The notes under the pieces were generated by a model. The model was not told where the DNA came from, did no database searches, and saw only the letters and a list, made by a program, of their open reading frames with translations. From NCBI GenBank assembly GCA_001938485.1, contig MQRK01228140.1, positions 1-64,000 on the forward strand: a DNA stretch of 64,000 nt, read 5' to 3'. Positions 1 through 13,382 of this stretch are shown here, piece after piece. Source of the DNA: Girardia tigrina (lineage: Eukaryota). The position numbers and the translations under genes were made by a program. Position 1 is the first letter of the stretch, and each line of letters opens with the position of its first letter.

Positions 1-444
1 CTTTCAACACATTTAAATAATTTTCACTTCTCATGGTGGTGTTTGGAGGCAAGAACCACAAAGTGCACTTAATGTGTAGAAAATGTGAAAGTCAACAGAC
101 TTTTGTCCACAGCTGTAGATCTATGCTTGAAAAAATAATACCAAAAAATATTATTGTGCATTATTTGACTCTTGAATGGCCATGCGGTCATTTTGACAGC
201 AAGTTAATTTCCAACTAAGACCCTTTTAAGATGTTAAGTCATTCCTTTCGACATGATTTCTTCAAACTTCTACCCAAATTGTTAATATCTAGCAAAGTTA
301 AAAGTCAAAAAAATCAATAATTCAATTTTTGAATTTGAATATCAACGTATAAAAGTTAATTTTTCGGATCCGTTTAACTGGTTTTATTTATGCTTTTTTT
401 CGTTTATGTTTTTTTTAAATTATTATTTATTTTTTTAATGACAG

Positions 445-625
445 TTTATCAAATCTGGATGTCTTTCGGATATTCAACTGAATGACATTGATGATTATTC
501 CAAGACCTTTACTGCCATGAAGAATATGGGAATCAGTGACAAGGACTGCTTTCAGATTTTTGGAATAGTGGCTGCAATTTTACATCTAGGAAACATACAA
601 TTTGAAGAGTTTAACAGCTCTCAAG
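445..625 (+). CDS. myo6: Myosin VI exon (motor domain; first exon in window, gene starts upstream)
   Basis: ag|TTT ATC AAA...CAA G|gtatg; FIKSGCLSDIQLNDIDDYSKTFTAMKNMGISDKDCFQIFGIVAAILHLGNIQFEE matches the myosin VI segment ending AGVLHLGNIDFEE. Confidence 0.92.
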
Positions 626-951
626 GTATGCGATTTACAATTATTATTTATTTTTGCTGTTGTTATTATTATTTATATTATTATAAAAGACAATTAAAAT
701 TAGTTAGGGCATTTTTTAGGCCTAGGGCATTCGTTTTCATTCAGACATCAGTTATAAGTCGGAATGAAGTTTCTTCGCGAACCCGGAAGTTGTTATCGTC
801 AATAGTTTTTTATGACTTTGTAATAAATAACTGACGAGTACAATAATTTTTGTGAAAATTGTGACTATAAAAGTTTTAATAAGTAAACATGAAATAAATT
901 TTATTCCAAAATTGGTATAATGAATAAAACAATTACTATTTTTTTTGTTTA

Positions 952-2271
952 AGGTGTGTCCACTAAAAAAGTACACAAGTTTTAAAATCATCATAACTTT
1001 TTAATTAGACCTTCAAATTGACGGAAATCTGAACAAAGACTAGATCATAATAACACAATAACTATTTTATTATATCAAACTATTAAGGCCTTAAGAGTTA
1101 GCAAGCATTATTCTTTGTCTATAATTTGCAAATAATGTCCTAAAATATAAATTGTTAAACTGCTTTGCTTTAGTTTTGATTCTGCGAATCAACTGGTCTT
1201 CAGAATCGGCAGTCCAACCCTTTTCATACACCTTCGCCTTTAAATGAGTCCAAAACTTTTCATTTGGGCGTATTTGGGGAGCACAAGGTGGATTCGAATC
1301 TTTTTTGACAAATGGAATTTAGTTGTCCTCTAAGCACTTCAGACTTGCTTTGGTGTAGTGACAAGAAGCAAGATCTGGCCAGAAGATGAATTGACCAGCT
1401 GGATATTTCTCATTCAGATAAGGAAGCAAACGCTTCGTTAAGTACTCGGAGATATAAATATCCGAATAAGAAGCTACAGATTTTCATTTCCTGATGTATA
1501 GATTTGAAATGGCTCCTCTGGAAACAGTTGCCCAAACCAAAACTTTTACTGTGAATTTCTCTCGAAATTTAAGGCGAATATTATCAGGTACATCACCGAA
1601 CTTCTTTTGGTCCACATAATAACCCGATGTCATTGCTCCGGTGAGTGTAAAATACGACTCATCATCAAGTACAAAGTCGGTTTTGGTCTTTTCCACAACA
1701 ATTATAGCGAGATTTTGCAACATGACTTTCTGGCGAATAATCTGTGTCGGAGTAACCTTTAGGGCTTCTTTCCTCTTTCGAAACACTATGTTATTAGTCT
1801 TGAGCATCTTATGCACGTAAGACTTTGAAACATTCATTTCTCTACCTAACTTTCTCACACTTTGTCCAACAGTCAAAGTTNNNNNNNNNNNNNNNNNNNN
1901 NNNNNNNNNNNNNNNNNNNNNNNNCAGGTTTCCTTCCACTTCCTACTTTTCTTTCAATGCTGCCGGTCTTCTCATAGCGTTGTATTATTGCATATATACC
2001 TCTTCTGGAAAAATGAATGCCAGTAAACTTTGTCACAGTCTCATTTTTACTGTGCGTTTTGAAAAAAATGATTATATCTTCATGTCGTTTTGAAATCATT
2101 ATAATTGTCTCTAAAATAAAACATATTAAACCACAAATTTTAAATACCTGCTTTACTATTTCTAACGTATTAAAACAAATATTTAAATTCCAAATTTACG
2201 AAATTAAATAATATTACATTAAAAAGTTATAATGGTTTTAAAACTTGTGCACTTTTTTAGTGGACACACCT
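952..2271 (-). mobile_element. Tc1/mariner-superfamily DD37E transposon, full length, inactivated
   Basis: TIRs AGGTGTGTCCACTAAAAAAGT / ACTTTTTTAGTGGACACACCT flanked by TA; DDESYF...FWPDLASCHY...PQIRPNE with 37 residues between D and E; internal stops and an N gap. Confidence 0.9.
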
Positions 2272-3639
2272 TAAATGTTTTTTAAAAAATAAATTAGATA
2301 ATTAATTAAATAAAATCTGATTCAAATAAAATATATTTTTGAATTCTCAGGGGGGGTCATTGACATGAAAAACGTTCTGTGTTTATGTATATATTTCTAC
2401 TTCGATGTTAAAATTGTTTGATACTCTTCCAATTGAAATGACCCGTCATAGGAACGAAAATAAGTACATCAAAAAGAAGTACATCATATTTAGTGTTACA
2501 TATAGTTAAATATGGCTTATATGTTTCCATCAATTAAGACTTAATTAAGAATTTTCGTCAATTTCTCAGAAATGTCCTTAGTTAGCTTGTAATATCGCAG
2601 TTTTATGTTTCATGAAAGCTGTAAAAAGAGTAGAAACGTCAAAAAAGAGATAAGGGATGTGAGAGCCTATCTAAGGAAAATGTTTCCGGTACCTAAAATT
2701 CTTTCCACAAATGTAAAATCTTAGTTGTTTATTACAGAGAGGAAGCTAATATTAAGTCTAAATAAGAGTAAATTGATTATTTATATTTTTTGAATGAAAT
2801 GCATAGTTGACATCCCCAGAGGTTCCCATTCTCGCAAGTGAGTTTTCAATAAGTACGATTTGCAGTTGCGAAATGCGAAATTAAAGAGCTGTCTCATCCT
2901 CCTTACAATGCGGAGTTTGTAAAAAAAGCAATTTTACTTATTTATTCACCTTTAAAAATCCTTTCAAACCTGTTATTCACTCATCATACTTTTTCTTCTA
3001 TGCTGTATGAATGATTCCGTAGGCAATCATTTTATCTTTATAATAACTATGAAAATATAGGCCGATTATGAAGTTAAATCTCTTAACATTTAATACCGCT
3101 TCTGTAGTTTATGATTAATTAATTAGTTTAATTATAGTCGTAAGATTTGTCTGTAAAGATAAAATCTAATTCATTTATGGTTCTATTTTACTGAAACTGC
3201 CATTAAATTGTCTAGAATTTATCAATATTTGACCATTATAAAAGTTGTAAAACCTCTGCGGTTCTTATTATAATTTATAATATTTCATAAATTTCCTCCT
3301 TTTAAATTCTTGGAAGTCCATAATCCTTCACTTATTCATAAATTCACATGAATCTTATAAAGATAATTGCCTGTTAGTCTGTTCGCGCATCAATTGAAAA
3401 CATTATTACCAAATGCAACCAAACTTTTCACAAACCTTCTTCATAAACAGACACAGGTTGGCGTTAAAGATTTTTTTCGAAAAGAAATTAATGTTCAATT
3501 TGAAAAAGCTGCAAGTTATCCCAAGTTATGGACCAAAAGTAAACATTTTTCTTTGTTTAGAAAATTAGATATTTATTTAGAGTTATTTTAAATAAATTTA
3601 TTTAGATACTCCTTCAACCTCGCAACAAATGAGTAGATG

Positions 3640-5870
3640 AGACCATTTCGGAGTTGGTGATGGAGAACGGGACAGGACCGTTAGACGTAACAGACTGAAA
3701 AAAAAACTAAAATTGAAATGGATTCATTGAAAGGGTATAGGATTCTCACCATTGGAGAAAAGGAAGAAGGTGGACATCAAAATCGGAGCAAACTAAGTGA
3801 AACTTCGGACAGCGATTTAATGAAATTTGAGGAGGTTTGGATGATCCTGTAGCGCGTTTTACACCCTAGAGATGGACCTGCATAGAGAAAATAAGTGGGA
3901 ACAAAAATGTAAGGCAAGCCAAATTCATATGGGCGTTTTTCTTCAAGCAAGCAAAATTAGAGAGCAACCTATAAAGACTTTGGAAGTTAAAGTAGTTTTC
4001 CAATATTGCCGTAAATACACGCAAACGATGAACAGGAAACTCTCAAACGGACCACGGACACTCTTCGATATTGTGATGAAAGATTTTGTGTTAGTCTACC
4101 ATGGAAGGACAAAGCGAAATCATGGCCAAAAACGTTCAAAATGTCAAAGACTATATTTAAGTCACTCCAGTGAATGCTTGAAAAAAGACCGGAAGTGAAG
4201 AAGATTTATAAGTGTTACGAAAATACATTGAAAAGGATACATTTCAGAAATTGGATATATGTGCGAGAATACACCACAATGGTTCCTAGTATATTTTCCC
4301 ATTGTCAAGGACGACCAAGATGAAATTAAACTCAGATCCGTTTTTGACGCAGCTGCTAAGATTCAAGAGAAATGTCTTAATGAAACTGCAGACAGAATCA
4401 CTCGGTATTTTATTGAGAATGTGAAAAAAATTCGATATGTTGTGTTGTGCGAGATCAATGAAATGTATCTTCAAGTAGGAGTATAGGAAATATTTGCACT
4501 TTTTGTGGGAGAACGACCGAAATGGAATAACGAAAACGTTCAAATTCAATCAACTTATGTTTAGTTTAAGCACATCGTCGTTTTCGGCTCAGCTGGTCTC
4601 AAGAGTGAATGCGGATTGTTTAGTTATCAGGGAGTCAACTTAGATGGATGATTGTATAAATTCCGTCCACACGGAAGAGATGACAATGGAGTTATTCTGA
4701 CAATTGAAAGAAATTTTGTGACAATCTGGGATGGAAGGCCTCAAATGGGAATCGAATTCAGACAGAATGATTCAGGTAATTCCAATAGATACAACGTCTA
4801 GATATGTAGCTGTCGAGCCAGAGGGCATGATAACCGTGAAGATGCTTGGTTTGACATGGAAGGCTGCAGGAGATGTATTTTACTTTGACTTAAGAAAGTT
4901 AGACGATGAAAAGTTAAAGAAGCGTTCCTTATTCAATTCACTGGCATTTTAAAGCTGTATTTCCATAACTGGGAAAATCTTGCTGTAGAAGTTATGGATT
5001 CTCGACATTGGTTGTAATTAAAATCCAGAAAGAATTGAAAAGCAGGTTCTAGATTGATATCGCCAGTTCGAATTGCAGGAGCATCTAAAGGTCCGACGTC
5101 ATCTAGAATGGAGGTTGGACACAGAATTGACGTTTCATGTATTTTGTGACGCTTCAAGAGAAGCCTTTGGAACCGTAGTATTCGTGAGAGTAGAGAATGT
5201 CGGAGAAATAGACGTCAACTTAGTGATGGGCAAGGCTCGTGTTACTCATACAAAATCTGTGTCCATTACTCGGTTGGAACTTAGTTTTTGCAATGAGTAG
5301 CTAATGCCTGGCGATTAGATGTAAGACAGACGGTTTTCTGGACAGAAAGTATGGACGTGCTACATTGGGTTCCGGAGTGCAGTAAATTATTCAAGATTTT
5401 TATCGTCAATCAGGTGAGTTACATTCAAGAGCGTACTACAGGAAGTCAGTTGCGATATATCTGTTCAAAGTCGGTAACGCACATGAAGACCAATGAAATT
5501 TGGTTTCAAGGACCAGAATATTTGAGGAGGAAGATGAACATTGACCAAAACAGACACTGATCCCAAGTAAGAGAAAGGATGGTGAACAAAGGAAGGAGTT
5601 TATCTTTTTAACCGTAGCGGCCTCAGCGAATCCATAGGAGATTGAATGAGACAAGTTTTGGATTTTGCAGTGAGATATAGCATGGGCGAAAGCTGTCACC
5701 GATAAAGTCGAAAGATTGGGAAGTGAAGAAACTGGGAAGGAAACAGAATTGAACACCTTACCTTCGAACGATCTCCAATGGAGGGTCTAGGCAGGAAGAA
5801 TATTGATTAGTTGGGAGTAACTGAAGTACTTTTAGAAGGAGTTTGCCACCCTGGAAAGTAGAGTGTGTAG
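3640..5870 (+). mobile_element. BEL/Pao LTR retrotransposon pol remnant (RT-RNaseH)
   Basis: LRSVFDAAAK, MLGLTW, FHVFCDASREAFGTVVFVR, KARV..SITRLEL, IWFQGPEYL in broken frames; boundaries approximate. Confidence 0.85.
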
Positions 5871-7975
5871 TTATTTTCATAAACATTTTTCTTGACTACT
5901 CCACATAAAAATTAGGTTAACATGGTGGCATTCCGAACCGGAAAGGTTTTATGAAGATTCTATGTTACTTGTTACACATTATGTCGATGTACTTCATCTT
6001 GCTGGAGACAGAGTTCCTAAAGTTAACTTTGGCTCTCAGTTGTGATACTACCACATGTAGCATTTCCGAATAATTATATTCTGTAACAAATCCATAAAAA
6101 ATATGTGTCTGAGAGCACCTTCGCTGGACAATGCACCTCACTTTGTAACGACAGACTGGTTCAGTTGGGACTCATTTTCATCAAAATATCCTTTTTCTCA
6201 GTCATTTAAATCTTAGGACGTTTTGCATCATTGCATACTGGACCTTGAGTTTCAAATTTATCCATTTTTATGATAAATTGCACATTTTTTCTTGTGTGAA
6301 GGCGGAGGGGTATGATAAGCTTCTTGTCAAGCTAAGTGCGCATGCACGGCATTTCCCAAATTTCATTAATATCCACATTCTTTGCTCTGTTATGTAATTG
6401 TTTAACATAATTCAGGGTCATCTAAATAAGAAACGAATTTGTAAAATATATAATGTTTTTAAAACATGAGTAAGTATTTTAAAATAAGGTTTCAATATTA
6501 TTGTCCATGACTTACAGGTATATTTAAACGTGATTGTGAAAGTGAAACAGATAATTAATTAACTAATTAAATGGTTGATTAATCTGAATAACGATTAAAT
6601 ATAAAATAAATATCTAATTTTCTAAAAAAAATTTTTAACCTTGCCTTCATTTTCCATGGTGTTTGCAAATGATTTTGTTGTAAATAGACAACATGTTTTA
6701 AAAGATAATACTGTTAATCTAAGTGATCATTTCAATTTTCAGTATCCTTTTAGAGCTTAGTTGGCTTATTTCACAATATTTCTCACTATTTCGCTCTTTA
6801 TTTCACAGAATTTAAATTAATTTAACTTTTGAATAATTATTTTGTGCACTTTTTTTGATTTGTAAAACATTGAAATTTCCTGCCCCTGGCAGCGAAAATT
6901 AAATTCTTTCAACCGTTATTCGCGCTTGTGTTGCCGAAAAACATACGTGACAAGTTTGAAAACACGAAGACGCACTTCTTGCGTCTCGGATTTTCTAGGT
7001 CTTCTTCGTACCCATTAATAAATAATTTTAAAAGTTGAAATTTTGAAAAATGTTAATTGACGAATTTTAATAAATGAGAAATGAAAGAATTTCCGATAGT
7101 GATTTTAAGGATTTTTTTAGTTTTCGAAAATTGTTGTTTTGAATGTGGACTTTGTTGTGTTAACGTATTTTTATTTTTATTTCACTGAATTTTAATTAAT
7201 TTCACTTTTGAATAATTATTTTGTGCACTTCGTACATCTTCGTGTTTTGCATCAAGATAACAAGAAAGAAATATCATTTGTTTACAAAAGGAGATAATGG
7301 CATGGAAAAAGAAAATATAGTCTGGTGAACGCTTGTTTAACATTATTGATAAATAATTTAATTGAATAAATTAATAACCAAAGTCATCCATTTAAAAATA
7401 TATTTTAATTTTCTTCTCAATGAACTGAATATTTTCATATATCTTCTGAAAGGCTTGAGCGCACCAGGGTAATGATTATTGATAAAACGAAGTCCGTTTC
7501 ATGGTTATTAAAAGAAGATTTTCATCCGGACTTCGTTTTATCAAGAATAAATTAATATTATTGATTTCGTAAAACATCATTGAAACCGTTGAATAGCAAT
7601 GATCATAGAGACATGGTTCGAATTTTTCTTAGATAATAAATAAAATCAATAATCTTAAACTAGAGTTCACAATTTTTAAAAGGTTTTATAAAATATTATT
7701 AAAAATTGATTATTTTTTTAAACTAGTTACTAATTATTTTGTTATTAAAATATATGTTTTAACTAAAAATAAATCCATAATTATAGTTTCCCATCCACTC
7801 AATTCCTAATATTTGCAACGCCCATTTTTATAATATTCGTTCATTTGAATATTTGACTTCTATAATGTACATATATATGATATCAGTGAAATATTTCTAG
7901 AGAAAAAAAATAAAAAAATATACATATAAACAGTATTTTATTGAATAAATAATAATCTGGTTCATATTATTTAAG

Positions 7976-8275
7976 GTGGATGCCGGATAACTGAATCAAG
8001 CCAAGCAGCTCTTCGATCGGCATGTCGCCTTTTAGGCTTTCAACCAAATTTGTTAGCAGAATCCTTATGTAATAGATTTACCACTGCTGCGGGTCGGGGA
8101 GCTCAAGATAGCTTAAGAATAGCTTTAAGAGTAGAAGATTCTCAAAATGCAAGAGACGCGCTAAGCAAAGCCATTTATTTGCGCTTATTTGATGAAATAG
8201 TTTCATTGGTAAATCAATCTTTACCATTTAAAGATTCTGTCAATTATGTTGGTATTTTAGATATTGCTGGATTCG
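7976..8275 (+). CDS. myo6: Myosin VI exon (cardiomyopathy loop/TEDS site, switch II)
   Basis: ag/gt boundaries, phase compatible; NARDALSKAIYLRLFD...VGILDIAGF. Confidence 0.95.
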
Positions 8276-8463
8276 GTAAATATAATTTATGTTTCAGATA
8301 TAAATTAGATTACAAAAATGTCATGATGAAACAGTTAATTAGTTCTCAAATATTAGCATAAAATTTATAGACCACAAAATATAAACAAAAAATATTTACT
8401 AATTGTGAGGAATATTTTTAATTGTAAGAAAGTGTGAATGTATAAATGACGTATGTTAATTCA

Positions 8464-9640
8464 AGTATGTTGAACTTAGAAGGGTGATTCTCCCACCTAG
8501 ATGGAAATTGGTATTTTTCGAATATTTACAATGATTGCATATTCGAACATAATTAAAATAATAAGTTTTTATTTTTTAAATTAACAATTTAAATTAAGTT
8601 TAATATTTTTTTAAGAAAAGAAAAGCATTTAATTAGATATAAATAAAACTAATAAAATTTAAATTAAATTCATTTTTAACAATTTAAAAAATTTTTTATT
8701 ATTTTGAGTTTTTATAAAGAAATGGTTAAAATTATTATTTTTAATTAATATTTTTAGAAAATAAATATTTTAAAAAGATTTAGAAAAATTGTTCGAATAA
8801 TCATGATTAAAAATAGAAATAAAAAACCAATTAGAACGATGTCCAGCAGTGAAAGATTTTCTGAAAGTTATAATGACTCTAAATGTACTTATAATAAAAA
8901 ATTAAATGAAAATTGTCTCAATGTTCTTAACACTGATAACATTTATTATGAGAGTTTCTCCTAACAAGAGTAATCATGGACTGCACCCACTTTTCAATTA
9001 TCAATTATCATACTGCTAGATGTTTTATTGCATCTGATTGACATTTATTTGTCCTTGAAATAGCTTCGTTTTCAGGTTTTTTATTCAAAAGGTGTATCCA
9101 TCATTGATAAATGAGGTATAGCTAAACTTGACTGATACATTTTATTTCTGAACATATATCGGTCAAAGGGTAAAAAATGAAACATTGACAACAAAAGAAA
9201 ACGAAAAAGTGAAGCAAGAAAAAGACAAGAATCAAAAGTCGTATAATATTAATTTTACGACTAATTTATAAATTTAACATAAGACAAAAAAGTTAATTAA
9301 TTATTTAACTAATAATTCAAGCCGTTAGTAATTATTTATTTTAATGGTTTTTACTACTGGTAATTTATTGCAATTGATATACCATTATCTTATTAAATTG
9401 ATACTTGACAAATGGCAACCTCGGAGCTCTTACAATGAGTTATCCTTTTGATGACATTTTCCATTAGAAAAAGATGAGTTACTAACAATTAACATTTTAA
9501 GTTATTTTTAATCGTGATTATTCGAACAATTTTTCTAAATCTTTTTAAAATATTTATTTTCTAAAAATATTAATTAAAAATAATAATTTTAACCATTTCT
9601 TCATAAAACCTCAAAGTAATTAAAATATTATTAAATTGTT
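8464..9640. repeat. Foldback-like element with ~130-bp inverted arms
   Basis: 8690-8815 is the reverse complement of about 9503-9640; left terminus motif is shared with 45369. Confidence 0.6.
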
Positions 9641-9896
9641 AATTATTAAATTATTAAATTAAATTTTTAATTTTAAGAGCTAAAATAATGTCTTTGAGAG
9701 CTGGGATTGTTTCTGGAGCTTTCACGTTACCCAAACAAGACATGGCGTGATCAAGATTGTTTCCTTTTTATAATAACTACAGATCTTGTTTTATATTGTT
9801 GATCATTCCAGACCATAGAACTGCTTCGTAATATTTTCTCAATTTCAGTGTACTGCTTAATTGTGTGTCAACTCATTTTCGGTAAAGTTAAAATTT

Positions 9897-10228
9897 ATTA
9901 GGTTGCCAAGTATGAAATTTGTAGACATGATTACAATAAATTCAAATAGTTATAATTTGACAATGACTCAACATTTTGTTGCTCAATTTTTTATTTGATT
10001 GCTACATATATTGGCTATTGAATATATCAATAAAAATTTATTAAAATTATTGATAACTTGTTTTAATAATCAGTATTTTTAAAAATGGAAAAGGCAGGAA
10101 TTCGAACTATTATGAAGCAAGAGTTTCTATGTAGAACCTTAGCATCAGAAACCATGCAAAACATCAGTAGTGTATTCGGATACAATGCGACTATGCAGCA
10201 GAGAGTCTCAAATTGGTTCAGAAAATTT
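9897..10228 (+). mobile_element. Mariner 5' fragment
   Basis: TIR-like TTAGGTTGCCAAG; MEKAGIRTIMKQEF...VSNWFRKF HTH start. Confidence 0.7.
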
Positions 10229-10899
10229 ATAAGAAAATTTATAATTTTATAATAAATTTATTTAGAAAATTTATACATTTATAACATGATGATGTATATA
10301 AACATCGAAACATGTTTATACTCAATAATATATATATATATTGGAAGTAGATAATAAACATCCCTTTCTAGACATTCTTGTCACTAGGATGAATGGAGGC
10401 TATAAAACTGAATTATTCAGAAAGGCAACAGATACAGGTCTTTACACAACACCACAGAGTTTTTGTCAGGAAAAATACAGAGAGAGTATGATAAAAGGGC
10501 TTATTCACAGAGTTTGGAATTTGTCGTCCAGTTTTGAAATTGCAAATTAGAGTTTAAATAATCTTAGAAGGCGCTTGAAGGACAATATGTATACAAACAA
10601 GCAAATGGAACACAACATTAGGGTAACATTAGACAAATTATGTACAGATGCTCGAGTTAAAAAAAATAAAAGAAGAAAATACTGAAAAATACAAACAAAT
10701 TATTAAAATTCCATATTCTGAAGGATTTAGAGCGTTTAAGAAGAGTATTTGTAGAACAATAAGTAGTGCTAAAGTAGTCTCTGTCACATCCAAAGTTCAA
10801 AGTTTCCTCTCAAACAAATCGAAAACAGTTTGTGATTTGCAAGCTAATCTGGTTTATAAATTTAATTGTCACGGGTGTGAAAACTCGTACATCGGAGAG

Positions 10900-11298
10900 G
10901 GATCAACTGTGCGGCCAGTGGGCATACTTCTACGTAGTATCTCTGAGTAACTAGAGATCTCGGTCTCTAGGCTAAAGTCTCCAAGAGCTAGCCGATTATT
11001 GCGGAACAGCCGGCAATATATCGTCTTCAGGAATGGGCCAGCAATCCATTAACTAGGCAACGCTTTATAATCTGGGTGTGAAGGCTGTGGGGAGTAGTGA
11101 CCCCGCTGTCGGTGGTTGGATTGCATCTTAATGATCTGGATGAGTCAATCCCGGTGAAGGGTGTTGTAATGACGTCGATGCATCTTCGGACATGCATGGA
11201 GCCCAACATTGGGGGAGTGCCCGTGGAGAACCATCAGCGTCCCGGGCCTCCTAAAAGCCTCAGGCTTAATACCGTTAAAGGAGTAGAGGTGCAGGTGC
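10900..11298. mobile_element. ~400-bp GC-rich structured insertion with 11-bp TSD
   Basis: ACATCGGAGAG duplicated on both sides; splits the GIY-YIG YIGE/TNR motif. Confidence 0.8.
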
Positions 11299-11707
11299 AC
11301 ATCGGAGAGACAAATCGTCATCTCAAAACCCGGATTAGCGAGCACTCGCAAATGAGTCGATCGAGTAAGGTTCTTGAACATTGGTTATGTTGTAAGGATA
11401 GAACCTCATCCATTTCAAAAGATGAGTTTTCTGTTCTACAAAAGGGTTTTGATTCACATTACGAACGACAGTTTTGTGAATCTCTACTAATAAAACACTA
11501 CAACCCATCAATTAACATTCAGAATGGACAAAGTAAGGTTATTTCAATACTTAAAATTTTTAATTAAAGTATTCTTTTTGTCATTATTATCCAATAATAC
11601 TTTAATAAATAATAATAATTATTTTTTTCGTTACCTTTTAAAGTAAATATATCTGTTAAAATTGTATTATTGAAACAATTCAATATTCATATACTAAACA
11701 TTCGAAA

Positions 11708-11749
11708 ATTGCTGATGAAGATGTATGTAAACATCGAAACATGTCCAAT
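11708..11749 (+). ncRNA. Minimal type I hammerhead ribozyme (Penelope-associated)
   Basis: ATTG CTGATGA A GATGT-ATGTAA-ACATC GAAAC AT GTC CAAT: intact core, stem II, palindromic ACATGT stem III, stem I ATTG/CAAT. Confidence 0.85.
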
Positions 11750-11956
11750 AATTATATAAAAAAAAGCTTTAATCATGTTATATTTTCAAAATACTAAACT
11801 TGCGTTCACAAGACTCAATATTATATATATTTATATAGCTTACTCATAGATTCAAGCACAATAAATAAAAAAGATATTTGTTACAAACATATTTAAATAT
11901 GTTTAATAAAAGATAACCGTATTAAACATGGAACAGGTAAATATATGTACTCATCA

Positions 11957-11957
<1 letters not shown>

Positions 11958-12016
<59 letters not shown>
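11958..12016. repeat. (TTA)n microsatellite just upstream of a myo6 splice acceptor
   Basis: About 19 perfect TTA units. Confidence 0.95.
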
Positions 12017-12019
<3 letters not shown>

Positions 12020-12025
12020 TTGCAG

Positions 12026-12190
12026 AATATTTTGAAAAAAATAGTTTTGAACAATTTTGCATTAATTACTGTAACGAAAAACTTCAACAGTTTTTTAATG
12101 AAAGAGTCCTTCACGAAGAGCAGATTCTCTATGAAAAGGAAGGACTTGGACTATCCAAAATTAAATTTGTCGACAATCAAGACTGCATTG
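12026..12190 (+). CDS. myo6: Myosin VI exon (relay helix)
   Basis: tgcag|AA TAT...ATT G|gtaaa; [41 protein letters not shown] (not the frame in the ORF track). Confidence 0.95.
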
Positions 12191-12981
12191 GTAAAATATA
12201 ATTCATTAAACACTTTTTTAAAAATTTCAAATTTACCAATTAAGATTTTATAAAAGAAATAACTGGGAACCGTATTTAATTAATATTAAATAAATCTATT
12301 CTTAATGATAACGTTAATTACAAAAAATGAGCCTTCTCAAAAGACTTAAACCTTTCATTTTCAGTTATTTTTTGGCATATTTTTTATTTTATTGTGATTA
12401 TTGCTGGCGTCATTGCTGTCATTGTCTTGCTCGGAGTGTTTCTTTCTTCTTAAAACATTTCCATTTATTTCGAGTTGTATTTTTTTGCCATTTACTATTT
12501 ATTATTGTTTCATATCATATTGTACTATTCTAAATTTATATGTAAATCAAAAATTATTTCGGAGATTTATACTAAATAATTTTTTAATAGTTACATAGAA
12601 AATATTTTTGTATTTATTTAAATTATTTAAATATACTTCTCTAAAGTTTAAAGTTTCCATGTTTTTTTTAGCATACTATCAACCAAATAAATACCTAAAA
12701 TATTAATTTTTTGTCATTTAATAGCAATATACACAGCGAAGAATGTAAATTGTAAGATGAACGCAAGAGTTCTGTCGTTGTAGTTTATTCTTATTTTAAG
12801 CTTTTTAAAAGTTTTATCTATTTTATCGATATTCATAGAAATTTTATTCTTGACAATAACTCAGTTGTCCTGTAACACTTTTTGAATCTTTCAAGTGACC
12901 TTGACTCGTTATACATCAACCTTATAATGATTTTTTTAATTAAATAATTTAATTTATTGTTTTTATAAATTAATTACTTAG

Positions 12982-13109
12982 ATTTAATTGAAAAGAAATC
13001 ATATGGCATTATTGACATTCTGGACGAAGAGAGTAAATTACCGAAATCCAGTTTTGAACATTTTACAACTGCAGTTTTTGGAGCAAACCAAAATCATTTC
13101 CGTTTGCAA
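12982..13109 (+). CDS. myo6: Myosin VI exon
   Basis: ttag|AT TTA...TTG CAA|gtac; DLIEKKSYGIIDILDEESKLPKSSFEHFTTAV...HFRLQ. Confidence 0.93.
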
Positions 13110-13382
13110 GTACATTTTTATATTATATTCCTTTCTTTAGTTTAGATATTAAAAGATACTTTATTACAAACCTCAAAAGAGTTCAATGCTCAACTTGCGG
13201 CAGTGGATGAACATTTCATAATCATTGAATATTTGCTAAACCTTAGTTAATCTGAGACTTAAAAAATCGCGACTTAAACTTGATTAAATATTTTTGAAGT
13301 ATTTGCACTGAACGTTGTAATTAATGCACCAAAGAGTGAGCGTACGTATATATTTATAAAAGGAAGTTAATTTTAACTTAAC

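Larger units (their letters stand above)
10285..11825 (+). mobile_element. Penelope-like retroelement, 5'-truncated (RT C-terminus + GIY-YIG endonuclease)
   Basis: HPFLDILV...YKTELFRKATDTGLY; NLVYKFNCHGCENSYIGE-TNRHLKTRISEH...ESLLIKHYNPSIN; hammerhead motif at the 3' end and a partial copy at 10286. Confidence 0.9.

Noticed and set aside
11097-11567. 156-aa ORF as a novel fusion gene
   Set aside because: Chance read-through from the 400-bp insert into the broken GIY-YIG half; starts at GTG.
11945-12253. Poly-Leu ORF (and poly-Asn ORF on the other strand)
   Set aside because: Microsatellite read-through; the real coding frame is the myo6 exon in another frame.
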